A stretch of DNA of 64,000 bases from Euglena gracilis. Its lineage: Eukaryota. The notes below the pieces were generated by a model that saw only the letters and a list, made by a program, of their open reading frames with translations, had not been told where the DNA came from and made no database searches. This document shows, in pieces, positions 1-10,590 of the stretch (the stretch's first letter is position 1; every line of letters begins with the position of its first letter). Both the position numbers and the translations under genes were made by a program. The stretch lies in assembly GCA_039621445.1 (NCBI GenBank), contig CP154954.1, positions 45,859,847 to 45,923,846 on the forward strand, read 5' to 3'.

Positions 1-7
1 CCCTCTG

Positions 8-998
8 CAGGGTTTCCCACTGATTCGTACACGAATAAGTACGAATAAGTACGAATTGCCGAGATCTGCCAAAAAAACGAATAAGTACGAATAAGTACGA
101 ATAAGTACGAATAAGTACGAATGAAAAATTCCCCAGTTACGAATAAGCACAAATTGCCAAATAGAAAAAGGTACAATTTTCTACACTATTGCACTGAGTT
201 GAAGGGCCCTCACACTTCTCTGTATGTGATGCATAGCTTACGCTGCAGGACGCCTCATGTCCTCTTTTCCCTCCGAAAATGATTTTTAGGTTTGCCCATC
301 AACAATTAGACCATCCATCCATCAGGGGACTCATCCGAAAGTATATATCTGTACATGGCAGTGTGAAAGAGGGGAGTAGTTTGCACCGGTCAGTGGACAG
401 AGTGTATACCACACACATTGCGAGCATAAGGAAATCCTTGAGCGGGAAGAAAGTGTGGCACTCACAATTGAATTGAATTGCCCTGGTCTGAACGGTTTTT
501 CAGTTTGGCAGGACTGATTGATGTCAAAAACCGCCAACATATGTCATCTAACCTTCGGCAAGCAGCCGTTGGCATGTTTTGCAATGGTGACTGCAAAGAA
601 CGCTTTGCACACCATTGAACAAGCTGCCCGTTTCATCTTGAGTATTTGTTCGTGCATGGCATGCTGGACAACATCAGTCGCAAAGAAGGAATGTGTTTTT
701 CCTGTAATGCTTTGTATTTTTTCTCACAGCGATTTTTTTCACAAATTTCGCCAGCATGAGTTCGTCATTTAGATAGTTTCTCAAGTGAGTGACCTGTTTT
801 CCTTGCTTTTCCCAATTTCAGAACGTTGAAGATGTGCCCAAGGAAGCATACCAGTGGTCACCTATTGCTATACATGGCCCTTTTTTGAAGTACGAACAAG
901 TACAAATAAGTACGAATAAGTACGAACAAGTACAAATAAGTACGAATAAGTACGAATGGGCAAGGGAGTCCCCAAGTACAAATCAGTGGGAATCCCTG
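8..998 (+). mobile_element. Non-autonomous hAT-like DNA transposon (deletion derivative) with 7-bp TSD
   Basis: 23-bp TIRs CAGGGTTTCCCACTGATTCGTAC (8-30) / GTACAAATCAGTGGGAATCCCTG (976-998), 2 mismatches; direct repeat CCCTCTG at 1-7 and 999-1005; GTACGAATAA tandem subterminal repeats at both ends. Confidence 0.85.
279..700 (+). pseudogene. Decayed hAT/CGGBP1-like transposase fragment
   Basis: LDHPSIRGLIRKYISVHGSV...RVYTTHIASIRKSLSGKKVW resembles, from memory, the CGGBP1/hAT segment (DHPAVRAFLSRHVKNGGSI) preceding the W-x-x-x-D-E-x-T-D motif; frameshift and stops follow; lies inside the 8-998 element. Confidence 0.55.
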
Positions 999-1135
999 CC
1001 CTCTGGCAGCCTTTTAGCAATGTTACATTATGAAACATTTTTCGGATGGGGAAATGTGTTTCAAGGTTTTAAAAAACATTTCCATGTATACACCTATTGT
1101 ACATAATATATATTTCAGCCCTTGGCTGGAAGATA

Positions 1136-2208
1136 CAGTCAGTTCAAAAAGTCATGACCCAAGCTGGTTCAAAAAGTCATGATTCCTGAAAATTCAAAAA
1201 AAATTGTTCTCTTCCTTGCTAGACCCCTATGTCAGGCAATGGGTTGGCAGTGGTGGAGGAGGTACCTGGATGCTCTGTGTGTGCCACCCTGCAGACGCAC
1301 TGCTGCGCTGTGCACGCCCGTGAGGTCCTTTTGACGCTGTGCCAAGCACTCAGTGTTCTCCTCAAAATGCCAGAATCGCTCGGTGCAGCACATATGGGGA
1401 TACACCGCAACCAAGGTGGTCAGCTCGGCGGTGGTCTCAAAATTGTGAGGAGGCACAGGCGGTCGAATTTATCGCCACAGTCCGCAGGATCTGATTATGG
1501 TTTGGTTCGGTTTGGTTCGATTTGTATTTATGGCTATGGTCCTTGGGTCGGGGGTTGTGATGATAACAGATGGGGAGGTTTGATGGATTTATTTGCTTAT
1601 TTTTGGTGCACGGTGCCTAATGGAAGCAGTTCAAAAGAAATGGTTTGTTCTCCTCTGCTGTCCGCTTCTTTTAGAACGCAAATACCATTGTTAAATTTTT
1701 CTATTCGCTTCCATTGGGCACTGTGCACCAAAAATAAGCAAATAAATCCATCAAATTTCCCCATCTGTTATCATCACAACCCCCGACCCAAGGACCATAG
1801 CCATAAATACAAGCCGAATCAAACCGAACCAAACCATAATCGGATCCTGCGGACTGTGGCGATAAATTCGACCGCCTGTGCCTCCTCACAATTTTGAGAC
1901 CACCGCCGAGCTGACCACCTTGGTTGCGGTGTATCCCCATGTGTGCTGCACCGAGCGATTCTGGCATTTTGAGGAGAACACTGAGTGCTTGGCACAGCGT
2001 CAAAAGGACCTCACGGGCGTGCACAGCGCAGCAGTGCAGGGGTGCAGTCTGCAGGGTGGCACATACAGAGCATCCAGGTACCTCCTCCACCACTGCCAAC
2101 CCATTGCCTGACATAGGGGTCTAGCAAGGAAGAGAACAATTTTTTTTGAAATTTTCAGGAGTCATGACTTTTTGAACCAGCTTGGGTCAGGACTTTTTGA
2201 ACTGACTG
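1136..2208. mobile_element. Foldback Tc1/mariner-pogo-like non-autonomous element with about 490-bp TIRs
   Basis: 1136-~1625 is the near-perfect reverse complement of ~1706-2208; ends CAGTCAG...CTGACTG flanked by TA on both sides. Confidence 0.9.
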
Positions 2209-2280
2209 TATATTATGTACAATGTGGATACATGTCATGTTCAAGTTGAGGGTGCACCGAATTGTGTTTTGCCTCAGAGT

Positions 2281-2601
2281 TAGAGCCAGGGTTAGGGTTT
2301 TGGTTATTGTAAGGATTAGGGTTAGGGTCAGGTGTTTTCGGCCAAAATTTGACTTGGGTTTAGGCTAAAGTCAGGCTTAAAGTTGGGCCCAAATTTGGGC
2401 CTAACTTGGTCCAAAAACTGCCTCAGAACGGAAATGTGAATCCTAACCCTAACCCTTCTCCTGGAGTTAACACCTATCTTGACCGAAAATGGTGGTGAAA
2501 ACGGCGAAGCTGACACCCACCAATGTGCTCATACAAGTGGGACCCCCACCCCAGGTCATACCACTGGGACCCCCCCCCGCTGGGAGGTCCCACAGGTTGC
2601 C
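2281..2601. mobile_element. Degenerate palindromic element with telomere-like arms
   Basis: TTAGGG-like run (2281-2330), central palindrome AAGTTGGGCCCAAATTTGGGCCTAACTT, CCCTAA-like run (2441-2475), right end ...GGTCCCACAGGTTGCC like the 36017 and 38461 elements; left end not found. Confidence 0.45.
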
Positions 2602-2704
2602 ATATATGTTGTATTATATAAACATGTACATTATATTACACATACATGGATGGATATTGATCTGGATGTATGATATAGATACGTCTATAAAATCCTCATA
2701 CATT

Positions 2705-2761
2705 ATATATGTATATATGTATATGTATATGTATGTGTATATGTATATGTATATATGTATG

Positions 2762-2837
<76 letters not shown>

Positions 2838-2850
2838 CGTGTATATGAAT
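2705..2850. repeat. (TATATG)n microsatellite
   Basis: Direct reading. Confidence 0.95.
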
Positions 2851-4301
2851 ATGCATATGTGCAACATATATGTGCAATTTTTATGTGCAATGTTTTTTTT
2901 TAAGTATATGTGAATATGTGCTCATATTTTACAGTATATGTGTGTATGCATATATTCTTTTGTGTGTATATTAACCCCTAAATAGAAAACCCTCCAGGCT
3001 TTATGATTGGATGGGATGTTAAGGCCCTCAGGGTGGGCTTTGTATTGGGGGGGGGCAGCTTATATTTGGGTGACAACTGAAATCAGTTTAAAATTTATAG
3101 GTATAAAATATTTGACTGCACTTGAAGACCACCGATGGTCAAAGAGGCCATCAAAAAAAGTGTGATTTTTCCCACTTCTCAATTTTACCAAAAGCACCAT
3201 TTTTTTGCCCCAAATGGAGCATTTTTTTAAAAAAAATAATTGTAATTTTGATGCATTTTTTTGATTTTTTTTTGCTTTGAATGGCACCATTGGTGGGTTT
3301 TACACTAGGGGGAGGGTGTTTTTATATTTGTGTGGTAAAACCAAACGTCTTGGTTGGGGCTTTATATACAGGGGGGGGGACGCCAATGCGTCAAAATATT
3401 GTCAGGTTTTGGTCTCGGGGAAAAATCGGGCGAGGAATTTTCCATTATTGAAGAAATTTTCCAGCGAATATTAAAAAATCATCAGGACAAAAAAATGCAA
3501 AAAAAAACGATCGCACAAGAAATTTGCCAAATCGAAAAGCGCAAAAAACCTCAAAAAATTGCAGTATTTTTATTCAAAATGAAAATTTGCCCTGAGGGAG
3601 CCGAAAATTTTATCCAAGTCCTCTGAAGCAGGAAGTGCACAACCGGGGGAGCTTGTAAAGGATTTTGCATACAAATTGCAATTTTGGAGTTCCCCCCCTT
3701 TTTTTGCGTCGCTTTTTTGAAGGGTCCGTGTTGCATTCCCCCCTTTTTTTAATATATTTGGGGGGTTGTAATAACATTTGACCATATGCAGAATTTCGGG
3801 AATCTTTTGCAAGGTACATTTCCCATTCACATTTTCAGTCATCTTGTCTCTGAACCTTTATGAATTCCCGTGAAATTCCTCTCCTCTATCCAGTTGAGTG
3901 CGGTTCATTTTTGTTCAGTGGATTTGATAAATTGCTAAATTGGGGAATTAGATTTCAAGCACGAAGTTTTTTGTCAACTGAAAAAATGACCTTCCGTGTG
4001 TGAAAAGTGATTAAATCCCCCCACATACACACAGAATGGGGCCACACTGTGCCCTGATAAGGTTAAAAAAAAATTTATTTTCCAATTTTTGACGCTTTTG
4101 GTGTATTGACTTCATGGCCTTGATGCACAACTTTTAACACATTTCAACGTGGTGGGGTTTCCGGTGGGGTTTCTGGGCAAAGCCTGGACACCTCCAGAGT
4201 GGATTTGTTGTGCCCTTCTTTTGTTTTATTTTTGGTGAGAATTGGGTATTTTTTTGTGATGGGGCTTTTCGTTTAGTCCACCTTTTTTTTTGGTGGCCCA
4301 G

Positions 4302-7300
4302 GCTGACTTGATGAAGGCGTACCGGGTTGCGTTAGAAGAGCGCCGCCAGTTCCTCAAGGAAATCAGTGTCGTGGAGCAGGATCTTACTGAGGATGATTTC
4401 TTGGATCTGCAGCAAGGTCAAAACCCCCTTCCCAAGTGTCACCCCACCCAGAGTTTATAGTCCCCCTTCCCAAATGATTTTACAGTGCCCTTAACTCGTG
4501 CCCAAATGTCTTTGCAGGAGGGAAGGCCGAAAGAGATTCGCCCAAAATAATTTTGCCCCCCTTTGACAAAAAAGGGAGGAAATGCGGCAAATCGATCCAT
4601 CAATGGGGTAGGGTGTGATTTGCCCCAATAACTTTGCAGGGGTAGGGGCCAAAAATATCGGTCCACTAATTTTGCAGGGGGCAAAATCATTTGGGAGGTT
4701 GGTTTTTTTTGGACCGGATTCAAGATCCGCATGGGGCAGCCTTACGTTTGGCAGGGGTTTGTGTTTTGTGTGGCAAAATCAAATTTTCCGCGACCAACAC
4801 AAACATAACCCCCACAAATAGCCTGGCGGGGTGCCAAAATTTCTGGAACCATCTCTTTCACCTCCCCCCGCCAGGTTATTTGGGCATTATTTCAGGGCAG
4901 GGAGATATTCCGGTCCGGAATAAACCGGAATAAACCGGAATAGCGAAAACCGGAATAAACCGGAATTACCTGGAATAACTGGAATAAAAGTGCCAGCCAA
5001 TGGCTTGAAAATTCTGCAAGACACAAAGGCAATGATGGTGAAGTTTGACATCTTTTCAGGTTTCAAAACCACAAGAGCAACAAAAGAGCGCAAGCGTAGC
5101 ACAATCGGCACTTGATGTCAGGAGCACACCTTTACTTTGCCTGTTTCTCCCCCTGGTTGAATGCATTTTTTGTTTGGATTTTATCCCCACTTGTGGGGCT
5201 GCACTTAGTGAATGTTTGCCCCTGAGTTCTTTCCAAAGGAATATGAATTGGGTCGATATCAACGCTCAACGCTGATTTTTTGGGGCAGGGATCCCATTGG
5301 ACAAAGCGAATCATCCTTCAATCAGGGGGCAATGACACTCTTAGGCGGCCTAACTCGCACTTAAGGTTTTGATTTTTGCGTTGTGCAACGTTGCACTCTG
5401 TTAGAAACCCGGTGACCGGTCAAACCCACCCTTTTGGCCCTCTGGTTCCGCGGGGACCCTGCACGGTGGCACGTGCATCATTTGCAGTTGTTGGGACCCA
5501 GGACACAGGCCCCTTTGGTGTTTTTAAGCCTGTGCTCCATTTTAAAAGGTTCAAAACCCCTGGTTTGAACGCCGGGACATGTGAATTTTCCCAAAAAGGG
5601 CCAACACCCCTGTTGTGTCTCCCTCATTTTTGAAGCCTTAGACTGTGTTCCCATGATGGTGCAGCACAGGCCAGGTGACTTTTGGGCCATTTTGTTGGTT
5701 TTTTTTTAGGCTCTGTGATCTGTCCGTGAAGGTTTGCCTGCTGAGGTGTCCGCTTCGGCACAACAGCTAATTTGGAATTTTAATAATTGTATTTCTATTG
5801 TGCCGTGGCGCAATATAACTCTTACATTTTCATTCTACACGAGCGTGCCCAATTTGCGGATGCGCAACGAAACCATATTTTTATTGCGCAAGTGCGCAAT
5901 GATCCCCCACATTTAGAATTACAAAAAATTAGAAACATTGTGCCAAAGCGCAATGTGTTTTGTTTTTTGTAATGAAAAAAAAATGGTGTGCCACGGCGCA
6001 ACTGCGCAATGGAGTTCCCTCGTTTCATTACCCGGCGCTTTGGGGTCATGCACACTGGTCCCGTGAACCGTGTGCCTGGACAACGTGGAGTTCCAACTCG
6101 TTATTTCCGTCCCCAGGCCCTAGGGGTGTAGGGAGACACTAATTCGGATTGTCCTGAACCTCAGGCCTCGGTGTTCGAAAACAGAACTTTTTTGCAACAT
6201 TGCGTGCCGGCGCAATTATACACTTTCAAAGCTAATTGCGAGTTAGGCCGCCTAAGACATTCGGCGGGACATTTTTGTGAAGAAAATGATAGCACTGCCT
6301 CAAGAGAAAACCTCGAGCGCCAATTTTCATCGGCTTGTTTTTCTGGAAAAGGCCGGGGTCTGCTGTGGTGTGCAGACCCGCACCACCAAGTGCAAAGTGA
6401 CCACTTGGCGGGGCGGGGCAACCAAGGAATGCATCCCTATTCCTGAAGCCCGGGTGAGAGCCTCGGCCAAGTTGTACTTCAAAAAACTCCTAAGTCCATT
6501 CAGACAGAAATTGACCGGAATAAACTGGAATAAACCGGAATAAGACCCCGGAATTAAATTTTCGGCCGATCTCCCTGCCCCTGATTATTTTCAGTTGTAA
6601 GGATTTTTGCCTTAAAAGGGGGGTTTACTGGAACCATATTTTTTTGGCTTGCCCCCCGCCAGTTTGCCAGCGGCAAGGGCCCCTCCAGGTTATTAGGGGG
6701 GGGGGTGTTTTCTAATACAGTTTTACCCCAGTTAGCCCAAATTTCGCCATTTTCAAACAAAATTCCGGCAGGTGACCATTTTTGGACCAAAGCTGTCAAA
6801 TTCATGGCCTAAACTGTGGACTCCTGGTGAGGGAGGGGCTCTTCTATCCACATCCTGCTCTTGTAATGGCACTCTAATGTTTGGGCTGTTATGCTGTGTT
6901 ATCTCCCCCGAAGGGGGCGGGAAACATTCCAAACATCCCCACCCCTTTTCCTGATATATCTGTGATTGGGTTTCCAGAACCGTGATCCCCCCGGTTCTTT
7001 TGGACGTGGCAATTGGCTGGTGTTTTTTTTTTCTTTCCTCGGAAAAATCCTGCTTTTGACGTTTTATGGCAATGTACAACCTTGCTCCCACATTTGTTCC
7101 CATATTCTCCAGAGCTGGGAAAAGCATCGCTGAACAAACAGACTAGTTGTTTTGTTTCAAGGGGACGACCAATTTGTTGTGTTATTTTTTTTTGTGCGTT
7201 CTTTGACCATTTTTGATGTTTTGGATTTTCCTGCATTTTTTTGTGTATTGCTGGGAGATGAAGCATTTTTGTGCCGATTTTAAAGATCGTATTTTTTGGA

Positions 7301-10300
7301 AGAAGCAGCTCTACAACTTGAAGGAAACAGGAAATTGCTTTTTTGTAACCTCAACCTCCCAGAAATGCATGCAGTTGCTTCTTTTTTTGTGTGTTTTTTC
7401 TCTTTCGTAGTTTTTTTTTGGCTCAATTTTTGTTTGGAAAAATGGGAGGCAGAAGTTTGGGAATTACCCAAATTTTTATCTTGTAATGGGCAACCTCAAA
7501 GACAATTCAGTTTTTGGGTTACAATGACGTTCCTGGTTGTGAGGAATGCCGCATTTATGATCCTCCATGTCGCCTGCAGCTGCCGACATCTGGTGGCGAC
7601 ATCCACACACCCCGTCCCAATGCTTTCAGGGTTCTGCGAACTCGACGTGCGAAATTGTGGGCGCATTTCGGTGGATGAACTTGCTGCAGCAGGCGAGGTG
7701 TGGGTTTTTCTTGGCATGGAATTAAGCCTGTTTGTGCCGAGCGTATTTCTCAACATTTCGGCACACATTCAACGTGTGCATGATCCAATGAGTTCTATTC
7801 CAGCAGCCATGATGGAAAGTGTATTTGTTGTCAGTGTGCCTCTAAAGAAGTATTTTTTTTGGCTCACAACCACCGCGGAACAATTATTGCAACCGATTTA
7901 CTGCGACAGACTTCTTGTTGTGCCCGTCTGCACCGCACCAACTTTTGAAATGTGCACCACAACTGCCGCTCAATTTTTTTTATTTGCTGCTTTTCACTTT
8001 GCATTTTTATGCATTTGTTCGGGAGGGCGAGGGTGCTACTGTGGTGTTCTTTGTGTTTTGACAAGAGCCCAGGTGGGAACCTGGGCTGGGAAAATAGCTG
8101 CGGGCTGGAAAACAGGTCCTGGTTGGACCCCCCCTGAGGGGGTGCGACTGGCAGCTGGGCTTAGTCAGCCAGCCAGGCTGCAGATCTGCCCCTGAGGGGT
8201 CCGCTTAAATAAAATTGGGGCTGGACCCCCCAAAAAAATACTGTGCGCAATGTGCCGCATTTTTTTTGCAAAATAGTATTTTTGAGGGGGGGTTTGGGTT
8301 TTCATCTCCAAAATTTGGCTGAAAATTCCAAACAACCAATTTACCTAAAATTGGACTTTTTTGCTTATTTTCGGGGTCCAACTGGGTCCAACTGGCTGAC
8401 AATGATCACTGCGGAAAACACTTGTGCTGCGACTGCCGTGAAAAAAAATTGTGTCAAATGTTTCGTGCCACCTCCGCTTCAGCAATAAATTATTGCCGTT
8501 GCGGAAAATCCACTGACCACGATAAATTTTTGTGCCGTGACACCTGCGCAAAAAATTGCAAATATTTCAAAGTTCTCTGAGGCATTTTTATGGTTTTTTA
8601 AGGGGGTTTCAAAGGTTTCTACAGGGTTTTAAAGTTTTTTCTCTAAGAATTCTGCTCAAATTTGAAATTCCATGGATGGTCCAAGGGCGCTCTGGGCATC
8701 GAACAGGGTCCAAAATAAATAATATTTGGGCCCCCATTGTTTGAGTTTGGGTGGATAGACACTGTCCCAGCGATGCCAGCTGGTTTTTGCCGAGGTTTTG
8801 CCACTTCATCTTTTCTCAGTTGAAGAAAGATTTTGTCCGAGTTATTTCTTAAGCCTTTTTTAATGCTTTTAAAGGGTTTTAAGGTCTTAAAAAAAATAAG
8901 CGTGCTCAGCGCACACGACACGCGTGGTCGTATGGTGGAAAGGTGTGGCTTTGCTTGTGGTTGGGGGACGTTCTGCTCCTTTCTGCCGCGCAGGAGATTG
9001 CGGGGCGGACTTTCACGGTGGAGATGTTCCGTGCCGCCGCCCGCTCCCGGGACGACTCCGTCAGCCTGGCGGAGGTGATCGCAGTGCTGTTCCCCCACTT
9101 CTCCCCGCACCTCATCGACCTCTTCCTGCGCATGGCGGGGAACGAGCCCCCCCACCCCGACTACCCCCCGCCGCCTCAAGTACCACCCTTCTGCCTCCTT
9201 TCTGTCGTGCACCAATCATTCAATTATCTTCAACCCAAATCAAGCGATTCAATTTTATTATTTAGCAAAGAATAATATAAAATCAGTTGATTTTTTAAAA
9301 AATCAATTGATAATTGTTGATTGTTCATTGTTAAATTTATTTTCTCATATGCGGCTTTTCATCCCAAATTGTTGTCATCTGTGGGTGGAGCCGGCTTGTT
9401 GCAGCCCAGAGGAACGGTTGTTCATGATAAGGCCAAAGCCGGAGGCCGTGGTGCACCGCGGGATTTGTGTGACCTGTGGAGACAAACGGGGGGCTGTTGG
9501 TTCACAGGAAGTGGCCCAGCCGCTGGAAGAGTTCCAGATCAACCCGGCGGCCATTATGCTGTCGCGCGAGGAGTTCCTGGCCCTCCGGATGGGCTACGAG
9601 AAAGTGGTCCGTGGTGCCGGGGCTGCAGTTTGGAGGGCAACACATCAACTGCAATAGAAGGCGATGCCTTTTACCAGGAAGCACATTTTCTCTGAATATT
9701 TCTGCAATTTTTTTGTGATGAGGGTTTCTTCTCTCATGGTGAGACTATATATGTTTCATAGTTTGTTTTCAGATTTTTATGCAGGTTTTGCAGAGTATTT
9801 TTTGCTGTCTGTTATTTGTTTGCGCATTTCACCCACCCTCTGTCTTTGATTTATCCGATCAGTTCCAATCTGTGCGCTGCAATTGTGGCACCCTGCCCTT
9901 CGCCCAGTGGTGCTGCATCCCCCTCCCACTGCACGGTATCGCTTGCGGCTGCCAGCGTTGGTTGCGGCTGGGGAAACCATAGCTGGCAATCGCTTCACCC
10001 GAAAGATTCTCAGGCCCTCCCCACTTGGATCTTCCTGATTTCTGAAGGTTGGGACGGAGGGGGAGGGGAGGTGGGTGGGTCCCCCCGGGGGGGGGGGGGC
10101 GAGTGGGTACCCTTGCAAAAGGTTTTTCTTGTTTCCTTTTGCGCACAAAGTTCCAGACAAATAAGTTTTCGAACCCCTAAATTAACCCCAAAGTGGTTTC
10201 CCACCGAGCCCCCCCCCCCCCCGCCAGCCGGGGTGGGTGGGTGATCGGGACGGGGAACCTCACCAGTATCGGTGGTTTTTAGGATCCGGGGCATATTCCG

Positions 10301-10439
10301 CCCCTGCACCCGCATCCACAGGGAGAGGAGATGGAGAGGGAGTGAGCTGTTTCAAAGTTGACGTATATGATGTATTTTTTAGCAGATACTTGGTGTGTGT
10401 GCATACGCGCGTGCGTGCATGTGCGTGCGTGCGCGCGCA

Positions 10440-10470
<31 letters not shown>

Positions 10471-10476
10471 GGGTGG

Positions 10477-10507
<31 letters not shown>

Positions 10508-10548
10508 CCCGCGCGCGTGTGCATCTCTCTCTCTCTGTGTGTGTGTGT

Positions 10549-10590
<42 letters not shown>

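Noticed and set aside
821-857. AG/GT-bounded NVEDVPKEAYQW as an exon of the first EF-hand gene
   Set aside because: It lies inside the 8-998 transposon and its phase does not fit the exon at 4302; more likely a transposase remnant.
1229-2114. Mirror-image ORFs (MSGNGLAVVEE...) on both strands
   Set aside because: An artefact of the long inverted repeat; no recognisable protein.
7296-8195. 299-aa ORF
   Set aside because: Low-complexity T-rich intronic sequence; only 7630-7697 behaves as an exon.
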